From the NCBI RefSeq assembly GCF_013004595.1, contig NZ_JABEMC010000002.1, positions 124,001-188,000 of the forward strand: DNA of 64,000 bases. Reading direction: 5' to 3'. The notes under the pieces are model-generated. The model was not told where the DNA came from, searched no databases, and was given only the letters and a program-made list of their open reading frames with translations. The position numbers were made by a program, and so were the translations under genes. Source of the DNA: Brevibacterium luteolum. Its GTDB lineage: Bacteria; Actinomycetota; Actinomycetes; Actinomycetales; Brevibacteriaceae. Numbering within the stretch: the first letter of the stretch is position 1; every line of letters begins with the position of its first letter. Of the stretch, positions 39,451 through 48,986 are shown piece by piece.

Positions 39451-41247
39451 ATGAGCACCCAGCCGACCACCTCCTCGGGCGCGGGTGCCCCGCTGACCGC
39501 CGACCCGACGACCGCGACCGGCGGGCCGCCGCCGGGTGCCCAGGAGAGCCCGCGGACCACGCGGCGGCGCGAGCACTTCCGCGAGCTCGCCGACGCCCAG
39601 GCTCGCGCTGCGACCGGCCGGCCGGGCCTGCATCACCGCGGCGGCAGGCTCTACGACGGGCCCAAGCGGCTGGCGGTGCCGGCCCTGCACCTCAATCCTG
39701 CACCCGAGGCGTCCCTTGCCTCCCTGCGCGGAGTCGCCGATGCCGTGTGGCTGCGGTGGGAGGCCTCGGACCGGCAGCTGCACCGGCGGCTGCGCCCGGC
39801 CGAACCTGCCGCCCGGACGGTGTTCGATCTGCTCGAGCAGCTGCGGGTCGAGTCGCTTGTGCCGGATTCAGCACCGGGAGCCCGGCGGAATCTGGCGCTG
39901 CGCTTCGGTGAGTGGTCTGATGAGTTCCTCGCCTCGGGTCTCATCGACACGAAGGTCGGGCTCATCATCTTCGCCCTCGCCCACACCGCCCGCTCGAGGA
40001 TCCTCGCTGTACCGATCCCAGCGCACCTGGAGGATCTGCTCGAGCACACGCGCTTCGATCTGGCCGAGAAGATCGGTGCGCCGCTGCTGCAGCTGCGGCG
40101 GGCCCGCCATGACCAAGGATCTTTCGCCGGCCCGGCTCGTGAGCTGGCGGGCATCGTCGCGGCCCTGGCCGAGGAGGCTGCAGCTGAGGATGAGCTGGCC
40201 CGCGGCGGGCGGAGCGGGCGCGCCCCGGAACTGGCGCTCTTCGATGAGGAGCGTGAGGCCGAAGACGACGATGACGACGGTGCGGTCGCAGGGCTCGGGC
40301 AGTCGCAGACGCTCAGTGCCGCCGCCGGGCAGTATGCGGTTTTCACCCGCGTCTATGACGAGACGACGACCGCCCTCACGCTCGTGCGCCCGGTCAGGCT
40401 GCGGGAGCTGCGCCGCCGGCTCGATGAGGCGATCAGCGAACGTGGGCTCTCAGTTCACCGGCTGACCCACCGGCTTGAGCGTGAGCTCGCCCGCGCCGGC
40501 AGTGACGGCTTCGATGCCGGGCAGCCAGAGGGCCGGCTCGATCGGCGCCGGCTCGCCCAGCTCATCGCCGCTCCGAGCCAGACGCTGGTCTTCGAGTCCG
40601 AGCGGATCGTCCCGCGGACCGAACTTGCCCTCTCTGTGCTCATCGACTGCTCCGGTTCGATGCGCACCCACCAGTTCGCCATTGCCTCAGCGGTCGACAC
40701 CTTCGCCCGGGCTGGTGATGCGCTCGGCATGAGTGTCGAGGTGCTCGGCTTCACCACCCGGTCGTGGACCGGTGGGCGGGCGAAGAAGGACTGGCAGCGG
40801 GCCGGTTCACCCCTGGGTGCCGGCCGAATCGCCGAACGCCGGCACATCGTGCTCCTCGACGCTGACGCCGGCTACCGGCGCGGGCGGGCAGGGCTCGCGG
40901 CACTGCTGCGCTCGGACCTGTACAAGGAGGGTCTCGACGGGGAGGCGCTCGACTGGGCGGCTGCCCGGCTGGCCCGCCGCGAAGCCGAGCGCAGGGTCGT
41001 ACTCGTCATCTCCGACGGGAGCCCCTCGGATGCGGTGACGGCCAACGCCAATGACGATGAGTACCTCGGCGCCCACCTGCGCCGCACCGTCGATCAGTGG
41101 ACGGCCAGCGGCCAGGTCGAGATCGCCGGCTTGGGCGTCGGGCTCGATCTGAGCGTCTTCTACGACCGGCACCAGACCGTCGACATCGACGCCGGAGACG
41201 CCAACGCCGTCATCACCGGGATGGTCGAGCTGCTCTCCCGGCGCTGA
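39451..41247 (+). CDS. CobT-like von Willebrand factor A domain protein
   Basis: YAVFTRVYDE, EGRLDRRRL, MIDAS LIDCSGSM, EVLGFTTRSW, KEGLDGEAL, VISDGSP. Confidence 0.88.
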   Translation: MSTQPTTSSGAGAPLTADPTTATGGPPPGAQESPRTTRRREHFRELADAQARAATGRPGLHHRGGRLYDGPKRLAVPALHLNPAPEASLASLRGVADAVWLRWEASDRQLHRRLRPAEPAARTVFDLLEQLRVESLVPDSAPGARRNLALRFGEWSDEFLASGLIDTKVGLIIFALAHTARSRILAVPIPAHLEDLLEHTRFDLAEKIGAPLLQLRRARHDQGSFAGPARELAGIVAALAEEAAAEDELARGGRSGRAPELALFDEEREAEDDDDDGAVAGLGQSQTLSAAAGQYAVFTRVYDETTTALTLVRPVRLRELRRRLDEAISERGLSVHRLTHRLERELARAGSDGFDAGQPEGRLDRRRLAQLIAAPSQTLVFESERIVPRTELALSVLIDCSGSMRTHQFAIASAVDTFARAGDALGMSVEVLGFTTRSWTGGRAKKDWQRAGSPLGAGRIAERRHIVLLDADAGYRRGRAGLAALLRSDLYKEGLDGEALDWAAARLARREAERRVVLVISDGSPSDAVTANANDDEYLGAHLRRTVDQWTASGQVEIAGLGVGLDLSVFYDRHQTVDIDAGDANAVITGMVELLSRR

Positions 41248-41285
41248 AGGCTGGTATGCCAAGCCGCCCGGCTCAGCCATGGGCG

Positions 41286-41339
41286 GCGTGCGGTTCAGGG
41301 TCAGCGCGTGCGGTTCAGGGTCAGCGCGTGCGGTTCAGC
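41286..41339. repeat. 20-bp tandem repeat (~2.7 copies) between convergent genes
   Basis: GCGTGCGGTTCAGGGTCAGC. Confidence 0.85.
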
Positions 41340-42197
41340 TCAGAGTTCGACCTGACGGTTGACGTCCTTGTACAGCAGGTACCGGAACGGTTCCGGTCCG
41401 CCGGCGTAGCAGGCCTGGGGGCAGAACGCGCGCAGTGCGAGGAAGTCGCCTTCCTGCACCTCGACCCAATCGTCGTTGAGCCGGTAGACACCCTTGCCCT
41501 GCAGAATGTAGAGCCCGTGTTCCATCTCGTGCGTCTCGGCGAACGGAATGGAGGCACCGGGTTCGAAGGTGACGATGTTGACATGCATGTCGTAGGCGAG
41601 ATCGGCCGGATCGATCATCCGGGTCGTCCGCCAGCGACCCTCGGTTCCCGGCATCGGAGAGGGCTCGATGTCGTTCTCGTTGCCGAACAGCGGCGCAGGC
41701 GTGTGGCCTGCGAGCGGCTGGTAGCGCTTGCGCAGCCAATGCAGCCGGGCCGCCTCGCCACCCACAGACGTCAGCGTCCACTGCGCACCTGCTGGCAGGA
41801 ACGCATACCCGCCGGGCCCGAGGCGGTGGGTCTCGTCATCAAGGGTCACCTGGACCTCACCCTCCATGAGGAAGAGGAAGCCCTCAACCTCCGGCTGGAG
41901 CTCCGGGGCGTCCGATCCGCCGCCAGGGGCGACTTCGAGGATCGTCTGCGAGAAGGTCACGGGGCCGCCGTGGGCCGGGCGGTTGAGCACCCACGCGCGG
42001 GTGTCGCGCCACTCCGGCAGCACGGTGGTGACGATATCGCGCAGCACCCCACGGGGGATGACACTATAGGCTGTGCGGATGACCGCCCGGTCGGTGAGCA
42101 GGTCGGTCTGCGGCGGGTGCCCGCCGTGCGGCGCATAGTAGGTGGCACCGGTGCCGGCGTGCGCCTGCTGTGCGGTGAGTTCAGCGTCATTCATCAT
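41340..42197 (-). CDS. allE: (S)-ureidoglycine aminohydrolase-family bicupin, possibly bifunctional allantoicase
   Basis: YYAPHGGHPPQ, DMHVNIVTFEPG, ETHEMEHGLY, LRAFCPQACYAGG, YLLYKDVNR. Confidence 0.88.
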   Translation of the reverse strand: MMNDAELTAQQAHAGTGATYYAPHGGHPPQTDLLTDRAVIRTAYSVIPRGVLRDIVTTVLPEWRDTRAWVLNRPAHGGPVTFSQTILEVAPGGGSDAPELQPEVEGFLFLMEGEVQVTLDDETHRLGPGGYAFLPAGAQWTLTSVGGEAARLHWLRKRYQPLAGHTPAPLFGNENDIEPSPMPGTEGRWRTTRMIDPADLAYDMHVNIVTFEPGASIPFAETHEMEHGLYILQGKGVYRLNDDWVEVQEGDFLALRAFCPQACYAGGPEPFRYLLYKDVNRQVEL

Positions 42198-42274
42198 TGA
42201 ACCTGCCTTTCTCAAGTCCGTCGTTGAATTCGTGGGAGTGCTCGCGCGGCGATCGCTCGCCTGCCGATCTCACC

Positions 42275-43645
42275 TTAGTTCTCCTGGGCAGACAGCTGCC
42301 CGGTGCGGGCCAGTCCACGCAGCTGAGCCAGCGCGATGCCGGCAGCGGTGTTCACCTCGGCTGCGGAGACAGCTCCGCAGGCCAGGGCCCGCTCGAGGTA
42401 TCGGGCCAGCGCCTTGGCTGTGGCCGGCTCGTCGAGCACAGCGGAGTCCGTCCCGTAGACGTAGTTGCGCAACCGCTGGGCTGCGGAGCCGAAGCCTTCG
42501 CGGTAGAAGTGAAACGTCGCCAGGAAGCGGGTGGGCAGCTGGTGCGGATGCAGATCCCACCCCTGGTAGATGCCGTGCTGCAGGTGGCGGCGCACGAGCC
42601 GGGCATGCAGATCCCAGGCGGCATGCACCGCCTGCGGCTGGCCGATCGGCAGGATGTTCGTCGACCCGTCCGAGACGTGTACCCCGGTGCCGGCAGTCGC
42701 CAGCAGCATCTGCTGTTTGGCGAAGTCGGCGACCGGGTGGTCCATCGCCTGGTAGGCCGCGGCGATGCCAAGGGAAGCCGAGTAGTCGTAGGTGCCGTAG
42801 TGCAGCGAGGTCACGCGTCCCTCACCGGCGTCGAGCACCGCCCCGAGCGGAACAGTGCCGTCGGCAGCCTGGATGATCTGCGGGGTCTCGACCTGCACTT
42901 CGAAGCCGATCGCACCCTCGGAGAGCCCGAGGCTCGATTCGATCGTCCGGCAGGCGGCGACCATCGCGGTCACCTGATCCGGCGTGCTGACCTTGGGCAG
43001 CGTGAGGACGAGCTGCTCGGGCACTGATCCCCAGCTGGTGACGAGCCGCGAGACGAACAGGTCAAGCGTGCGCAGTCCGCGGTGCCGGGTCGCAGCTTCG
43101 AGGCACTTGAAGCGGATGCCGATGTAGGCAGGCGCGGTCTCGACCCTGAGCCCGGCTACCGCCTCGTCTGCGGTCTGCTGCGCCCAGCGGTCCTCCTCGT
43201 CATCGGGGCGGTCGCCGAAGCCGTCTTCGAAGTCGATGCGCAGATCCTCGATGGGTTCGGTGCTCAGCTTCTTCTCCACCGCGGCAGCCAGCGCCTCGGC
43301 TTCGGCAGCCCGTGCGCTACCGTCGTCAGCGCCACCGGGCGAGGCGTCGGCGCGTGCGACGGGTCCGAGTGCGCTGCCGGCTGCGGTGATGACCTGTTCG
43401 GCCAGGCGGCGCATACCGCCGTGCTGCTCGACGGCCTCGAGGGCCTGCTGACCCCAGCGCGCCGGAAGCTCCGGGGTGTAGCTGTCGGCGGGAACGTAGA
43501 CGGTGTGCACGGCCTGCCGGATGTCCCGCTCGCCGGGGTATCGGCGTTCCAGCAGCTCGTCGGTGGCGGCCAGGCTTGCGTCGATGGAAGTCAGCACCTC
43601 GTCGGTGAGGGCTGCAGCGCCATCGGTCCTCTGTACTCCGCTCAT
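42275..43645 (-). CDS. CitE/HpcH-HpaI/malate-synthase-like TIM-barrel lyase (DUF6986-like), function unknown
   Basis: RQAVHTVYVPAD, DLRIDFEDG, LTLPKV, QVETP, HYGTYDY, QGWDLHPHQL. Confidence 0.78.
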   Translation of the reverse strand: MSGVQRTDGAAALTDEVLTSIDASLAATDELLERRYPGERDIRQAVHTVYVPADSYTPELPARWGQQALEAVEQHGGMRRLAEQVITAAGSALGPVARADASPGGADDGSARAAEAEALAAAVEKKLSTEPIEDLRIDFEDGFGDRPDDEEDRWAQQTADEAVAGLRVETAPAYIGIRFKCLEAATRHRGLRTLDLFVSRLVTSWGSVPEQLVLTLPKVSTPDQVTAMVAACRTIESSLGLSEGAIGFEVQVETPQIIQAADGTVPLGAVLDAGEGRVTSLHYGTYDYSASLGIAAAYQAMDHPVADFAKQQMLLATAGTGVHVSDGSTNILPIGQPQAVHAAWDLHARLVRRHLQHGIYQGWDLHPHQLPTRFLATFHFYREGFGSAAQRLRNYVYGTDSAVLDEPATAKALARYLERALACGAVSAAEVNTAAGIALAQLRGLARTGQLSAQEN

Positions 43646-43671
43646 GCGGGAACTCCTTCCGTTGCAGAGTC

Positions 43672-45060
43672 TCAATCTGCAGCCAATGCGGCTTCGACAA
43701 CGGCCTGTGCCACCTTCTCGGCGACCTCGGGGTCGAACACTGAGGGAATGATATACCCAGCATGCAGCTGGTCTGATGGGATGCACGCAGCAATCGCCTC
43801 AGCTGCTCCGACGAGCATGGCGTCGGTGATGTCGGGGGTCTCGGCGTCGAGGAGCCCGCGGAAGAAGCCAGGGAAGGCGAGGACGTTGTTGATCTGGTTC
43901 GGGAAGTCGCTGCGCCCGGTGGCGACGACGGCGGCGTGGCGGCCGGCTTCGACCGGATCGACCTCGGGATCCGGGTTCGACATCGCGAAGACGATGGCGT
44001 CGCCGTTCATGGCGGCGATGTCATCGCCGTCGAGCAGGTTGGGCGCCGAGACGCCGATGAAGACGTCAGCACCGGCGACGGCCTCCTTGAGCGTGCCGGT
44101 GAAGCCGTCGGCGTTGGTATTCTCGGCGATCCATGCCCGGTGCTCGTCGCGTTGCTCACGGCTGCGGTCAATCGCGCCGTCGCGGCCGCAGGCCACGATG
44201 TGCTGGGCACCGGAGGCGATGAGCAGGCGGATGATCGCATGACCGGCTGCGCCGACCCCGGAGACGACGATCTTCACGTCCTCGATGCGCTTGCCGACGA
44301 CGCGCAGGGCGTTCTCCAGTGCGGCGAGGGTGACGATGGCGGTGCCGTGCTGGTCATCGTGGAAAACCGGGATGTCGAGCTCTTCGCGCAGTCGCGCTTC
44401 GATCTCGAAGCAGCGCGGAGCGGAGATGTCTTCGAGGTTGATGCCGCCGTAGGCCGGGGCGATGGCCTTGCAGATGCTGATGATCTCCTCGGTGTCCTGA
44501 GTGTCCAGCGCCACCGGCCAGGCGTCGACGCCGGCGAACTGCTTGAACAGCACAGCCTTGCCCTCCATCACCGGCATGGCGGCTTCTGGGCCGATGTTGC
44601 CCAAACCGAGGACGGCTGAGCCGTCAGTGACGACGGCGACTGTGTTGCGCTTGATGGTGAGCCGGCGGGCATCCCGTCGATCAGCAGCGATAGCCTGGCA
44701 GACGCGGGCCACGCCGGGGGTGTAGGCACGGGATAGGTCATCGCGGTTGCGCAGCGGCGCCTTCGCCACCACTTCGAGCTTCCCGCCCAGGTGCAGGAGG
44801 AAGGTGCGGTCTGAGACCTTGTGGACGTCAACGCCATCGAGAGCGCCGAGAGCGCCTGCGACTTCGTCGGCGTGGGCAGCGTCGCGGGTATCGCAGCTGA
44901 CGTCGACGATGAGTGCGTGCGGGGTCGAGTCTGCAACGTCGAGTGCCGTCAGGACCGCTCCGGCATCCGCGACCGCCCTGACAAGATCAGAGGAGGCGGT
45001 CAGCCCAGCCGGTGCAGCCACCCGCAGTGTGATCGAGTATCCGGGGCTCGGTGCGGCCAT
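43672..45060 (-). CDS. NAD(P)-dependent malic enzyme with an N-terminal ACT-like domain
   Basis: [49 protein letters not shown]. Confidence 0.92.
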   Translation of the reverse strand: MAAPSPGYSITLRVAAPAGLTASSDLVRAVADAGAVLTALDVADSTPHALIVDVSCDTRDAAHADEVAGALGALDGVDVHKVSDRTFLLHLGGKLEVVAKAPLRNRDDLSRAYTPGVARVCQAIAADRRDARRLTIKRNTVAVVTDGSAVLGLGNIGPEAAMPVMEGKAVLFKQFAGVDAWPVALDTQDTEEIISICKAIAPAYGGINLEDISAPRCFEIEARLREELDIPVFHDDQHGTAIVTLAALENALRVVGKRIEDVKIVVSGVGAAGHAIIRLLIASGAQHIVACGRDGAIDRSREQRDEHRAWIAENTNADGFTGTLKEAVAGADVFIGVSAPNLLDGDDIAAMNGDAIVFAMSNPDPEVDPVEAGRHAAVVATGRSDFPNQINNVLAFPGFFRGLLDAETPDITDAMLVGAAEAIAACIPSDQLHAGYIIPSVFDPEVAEKVAQAVVEAALAAD

Positions 45061-45084
45061 AGGAGTCCTTCCGTAGGGTTGAAG

Positions 45085-45120
45085 TTTCGTATGCCGAACA
45101 ATACCTTCTGTTATACGAAA
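45085..45120. promoter_or_regulatory. Paired 15-bp AllR/IclR-type boxes
   Basis: TTTCGTATGCCGAAC and TTCTGTTATACGAAA, starts 21 bp apart. Confidence 0.65.
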
Positions 45121-45236
45121 AAGCGACTAGCCGATAGACTCATCTCATAATCTTTTTCGCAGGCACGCCGAGCCCCGCCCCGCCGTTGAGCTCACCGGGA
45201 TCTCGGCCGACTTCTCCCCAGGAGGGACCTCGCACC

Positions 45237-46019
45237 ATGTCGCGCAACGCAGACGAAAAACCGCCCAATCGCCCCGCCAGGGGCGGCGTCCAGTCCGTCG
45301 AGCGCGCCTTTGACCTGCTGAACCTCATCGCAGACGCCGGAGGCCACACCACACTCAGCGAACTGGGCGCGGCCGTCGACCTGCCTATGCCCACGATCCA
45401 CCGCCTACTCAAGACCCTCGTGGGTCTCGGCGCAGTCCGCCAGCTCCCCGATCGAGGCTACGCCCTGGGCCCTGGCCTCATCCGCCTCGGGAACCTGGCC
45501 GGCGAGCAGCTCGGCGCCATCGCCCGCCCCTACCTACGCGTCCTCGCCCAGGACCTAGGCGAAAGCGCCAATGCCGCAGTGCTCGATGGTGACATGGTTG
45601 TCTATGCAGACCAGGTGCCGTCGCAGCAGCAGATGCGGATGTTCACCGAGGTCGGGCGCCGGACGCACACTCATGACACCGGAGTGGGCAAGGCGATCCT
45701 TGCCGGACTTCCCGCCGAGCAGGTCCGCCGTATCGTCGAGACCGCCGGCATGCCCACGCCGACGTCGCACAGCATCGGCACGATCGAGGAGCTCGAAGCC
45801 GAGCTGGAGCGGATCCGCCAGCAGGGCTATGCCGTCGATGAGCAGGAGCAGGAGCTCGGCGTCCGCTGCTTTGCCGTCGCCGTACCCGAGGCGCCGACAC
45901 CTATGGCGATCTCGGTCTCCGGGCCGACGAGCCGGGTGGATCAGAAGTTCGCTGACAAGGCGGTTCCGCTGTTGCAGGCCGCTGCCGCCAAGATCGCTGA
46001 GGAACTTCGGACCGATTGA
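45237..46019 (+). CDS. IclR-family regulator of the allantoin/glyoxylate cluster (AllR-like)
   Basis: GGVQSVERAF, PTIHRLL, MRMFTEVGRR, GVGKAIL, DEQEQELGVRC. Confidence 0.88.
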   Translation: MSRNADEKPPNRPARGGVQSVERAFDLLNLIADAGGHTTLSELGAAVDLPMPTIHRLLKTLVGLGAVRQLPDRGYALGPGLIRLGNLAGEQLGAIARPYLRVLAQDLGESANAAVLDGDMVVYADQVPSQQQMRMFTEVGRRTHTHDTGVGKAILAGLPAEQVRRIVETAGMPTPTSHSIGTIEELEAELERIRQQGYAVDEQEQELGVRCFAVAVPEAPTPMAISVSGPTSRVDQKFADKAVPLLQAAAAKIAEELRTD

Positions 46020-46136
46020 CCCCTTGACTCCCCATCCGGAGATGGCGGAAACTTGTAGCCACAAAGCGGAATAATAATTTCTCTTTGCGGAAGCTCAGCA
46101 GAGTCGTCGCTTCCTGCCACTGGAATGGAGAGTCCA

Positions 46137-46313
46137 ATGAATCCAACCACACCTGATCGCGCTGTCTCACCGGAAACGGCCCGCACGGCCGCTGAGGAGT
46201 TCGTCGTCGGCAGCGAGGACCCGGATTTCGTCCTGCGGCCGGCGGGCACTCCGCAGCGCCCGTTTGTCTGCTACGTGCCTGTCATCGGCGGCATGCTTCC
46301 GCAGTGCCGCTGA
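46137..46313 (+). CDS. Putative 58-aa small protein with a C-terminal two-Cys segment
   Basis: RBS GGAGAG, AT-rich upstream region, downstream hairpin; no family recognised. Confidence 0.45.
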   Translation: MNPTTPDRAVSPETARTAAEEFVVGSEDPDFVLRPAGTPQRPFVCYVPVIGGMLPQCR

Positions 46314-46373
46314 GGCAGCCGAGACGACGAGTAGCTGGTCAGACACTGCCACTCAGCGCAGAGCCGGCACAGA

Positions 46374-46412
46374 ACTGTGGCCCTTCCCGACAACTTCGGG
46401 AAGGGCCACAGT
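46374..46412. terminator. Perfect 17-bp stem-loop
   Basis: ACTGTGGCCCTTCCCGA-CAACT-TCGGGAAGGGCCACAGT. Confidence 0.75.
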
Positions 46413-46718
46413 GCATTCGGAACATGTCGCGCACGCGGCAGACGATCCTGGCGCTGCCCTTCGGCACGCTGCCCATCGACACCTCGGGACACCTCGGGAG
46501 CGGCTCCAGCCAGAAATGATTCCAACCCGGAGCGGCGCGCGAGCCCGTGACAGCCGGAAGCGCCCGGTCGCGGCACCGATGTGTCTGGCGAAGAGCTGAC
46601 AAGGCGACGAAGCGGCGCCGATCGACGAGGCACCCACACCGTAGCAGCCCATACAGATCCGCGACCCTCCCTGGAAGAGTCGGGGAGAACCGCGGTGCGC
46701 GAGGAGGACGCGGCCGGC

Positions 46719-47603
46719 TCAGCAGAATCCGGCGATGCCCATCCAGGCCTCAGGGACGTCCGGTGCGGAGTCGCGCACGATACTGGCCTCGATCAGGCCG
46801 TACGGGCGATCGGCTGCGTAGAACACCTCGTTGGGATTCTCCAGGCCGAAGGGCGAGAGATCCTGTACGAAGTGATGCTTGTTCGGGCAGGAGAATCGGA
46901 TCTCGTCGATCTCGGGCACCTCAGCGATGACCCTCTCACCCATCTTGTACAGCGTCTGCTGCAGGGCGTGGGAATAGTGGTCGGTGAAGGTCGAGAGGAT
47001 GAGCTCCTTGACGCGTGCGTACTGGGCCTCGAAGTCCAACGAGGTGGTGTTGTAGCGCCACCGGGTCGCGATATCGGTGGCCAGGATCCGGTCCTCGGTC
47101 TCCGGCAGGGTGGTATACGTGTCCTTCGGGTAGCCGACGAAGCCCGAGCCGGTTGATTTGAGGACGGTCAGTCCGTAGAAGCCGGAGATGAGATGATCGA
47201 CGTCGCCGTCACGGGTCAGCACTGCGGTGCGCACCTCGGGGGCGGAGCGGTAGAAGGAGTGATCGTGGTCGTTGATCCGCGACCAGCCGTATTCCTCAGC
47301 TGCCCAGCGGCCGCCGGAGACCCAGTCGAAACCGGAGGTGAAGTGCTCGGCGAGCACCTTGAGGAAGTCCTCCGGGGAGGCGATGCCCTCTTCCTTCGCC
47401 TTGGCGAAGACGGTGTTCTTCTGCGTGTCGGTCGGCACGACGTGCTCGTTGTTGCCCTCGGTGTGGGCAGTTGTGAAGTCGCCCCACAGCTGGGAGGTGA
47501 CGTTGAGATCGCGGATCTCATGGCGGTCGGTGTCGCGGTAGACGCGCACGACGCGATTTTCTGCCTTGCCGAACTGATTCTTGCCGAGTCGGACTGCGGT
47601 CAT
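46719..47603 (-). CDS. pucL: Cofactor-independent urate oxidase (uricase)
   Basis: GKAENR, VPTDTQKNTV, VLKSTGSGF, SHALQQTLY, PNKHHF, PYGLIEA. Confidence 0.95.
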   Translation of the reverse strand: MTAVRLGKNQFGKAENRVVRVYRDTDRHEIRDLNVTSQLWGDFTTAHTEGNNEHVVPTDTQKNTVFAKAKEEGIASPEDFLKVLAEHFTSGFDWVSGGRWAAEEYGWSRINDHDHSFYRSAPEVRTAVLTRDGDVDHLISGFYGLTVLKSTGSGFVGYPKDTYTTLPETEDRILATDIATRWRYNTTSLDFEAQYARVKELILSTFTDHYSHALQQTLYKMGERVIAEVPEIDEIRFSCPNKHHFVQDLSPFGLENPNEVFYAADRPYGLIEASIVRDSAPDVPEAWMGIAGFC

Positions 47604-47664
47604 GATGATCTCCTGTCAGAAAAGTTTGAGCTCGGTTGACGGGGGTGGATTGGGGAGGTCGCGT

Positions 47665-47991
47665 TCAACTGCCGCGGTAAGTCGTGTAGGCGAAGGGGCT
47701 TAACAGCAGGGGGATGTGGTAGTGCGCCTCGCCTGCCCTGACGCTGAAGTCGATCGTGACCGAGGGATGGAAGTGATCCTGTCCGCGACGGCGGAAGTAG
47801 TCCCCGACTGCGAAGACGATCCGGTAGTCACCCGGATCGAGGGCCTCTGGACCCAGTTCGCCAACGCGGCCGTCGTCGTTGGTCGTCGCGGTGGCGATCC
47901 GGTCTCCGGACGCAGTCATGAGGGTGACCTCGACGCCGCGCGCCGGCACGCCGAGCATCGAGTCGAGAACGTGGGCGGTAATATGACTCAC
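47665..47991 (-). CDS. uraH: 5-hydroxyisourate hydrolase
   Basis: HVLD...G.PA, TNDDGR, HYHIPLLLSPFAYTTYRGS. Confidence 0.95.
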   Translation of the reverse strand: MSHITAHVLDSMLGVPARGVEVTLMTASGDRIATATTNDDGRVGELGPEALDPGDYRIVFAVGDYFRRRGQDHFHPSVTIDFSVRAGEAHYHIPLLLSPFAYTTYRGS

Positions 47992-48482
47992 CTGAGGATC
48001 CCTTCCAGTCTGAGGGCGGCGATCTGCTCCAGCTGCTCGCCCGTCTCCGCGAGCTCGTCTTCAGGGGAGTTCTGCATCCGCCGTTCGAGCTCGGCGAGGA
48101 TCTCCTCGGGAGTGCGTCCGGCGGCACGGATGAGGAAGACGCGGTCGAAACGCTCCTCATAGGCTTTGTTGCCTTCTGCGAGGCGCTCGCTGACGGAGCC
48201 TTCGAGGGAGCCGAGGCCGGCCTGCTCCTGGCGCGACTGCTTCGCCTCGACCGAATCACCGCCGGCGCGTTCGCCGATGCGCGGATGATGAGCCATCGCC
48301 GCCTCGATCTCCCCGGGACTCAGCGGATGGGCTCCGGCGCGTGCGACACTCAGGCATGCATCGACATCGGCGTAGGGGCGCCCCTGCGCCACGGCATCGA
48401 TCCATCGGTCCACATCAAGACAGGGCCGCAGCAGCGATCGCACCTCCTCGCCAGAGAGCCGGTTGAAGTCTTCCAGATCCAC
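47988..48482 (-). CDS. uraD: OHCU decarboxylase
   Basis: HHPRIG, SRQEQAG, GNKAYEERFDRVFLIRA, QIAALRL; RBS GAGGAGG. Confidence 0.93.
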   Translation of the reverse strand: MDLEDFNRLSGEEVRSLLRPCLDVDRWIDAVAQGRPYADVDACLSVARAGAHPLSPGEIEAAMAHHPRIGERAGGDSVEAKQSRQEQAGLGSLEGSVSERLAEGNKAYEERFDRVFLIRAAGRTPEEILAELERRMQNSPEDELAETGEQLEQIAALRLEGILR

Positions 48483-48502
48483 ACAACCTCCTCGTTGCCC
48501 GA

Positions 48503-48731
48503 TTTCGCACTACGGAATACACATTCCGTGTTGCGTGAAAGTGTGACCCAGGACTCCATTTCCTGTCAACCGAGCAGCCCTGAGGCGAGACCCCCTGCTC
48601 ATCGTTATCGAAACCGCCCGCACCGCACAACTGGACGCACGGCATACAGATGGCGACCCCGCATCCGCCAGCATTCTTATCCACACACTGAATTTATCCA
48701 TACACTGGACTTTTATTTTCACATATCGGAT
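48503..48731. promoter_or_regulatory. Two pairs of AllR/IclR-type boxes in the uraD/glxK divergent region
   Basis: TTTCGCACTACGGAA (48503) + TTCCGTGTTGCGTGA (48524); ATCCATACACTGGAC (48696) + TTTCACATATCGGAT (48717); each pair 21 bp apart. Confidence 0.65.
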
Positions 48732-48986
48732 AATTCCTCTATCGGATTGCACCCCACCTGCAGCATTGCCCGCCTGGAGGAACACGATGAGCATCGCGAG
48801 CACGCAGGCGCATGGTGCCAGCAGCGGATCCCCGAGGGAGCGCTCCGCCGGAGCGCTCAAGCTCCCCACCGTGCCGGCACGATGCGCCCCGGGTGCTCGA
48901 CGCGACAGCATGGACTGCCATGGCAGAACCGCGCGCGCTGCACGCCGCTGGCGACTACCGCACCGCAACTCACAGAGGATTCTCCG

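Noticed and set aside
38456..41247. Cobalamin biosynthesis locus (cobST, plus cobW at 60102)
   Set aside because: No cobN or other cob genes are in the window. The context is taurine catabolism, and the COG0523 gene is coupled to an amidohydrolase.
48660..48745. Replication origin
   Set aside because: Only one perfect and one near DnaA box, with no dnaA/dnaN context
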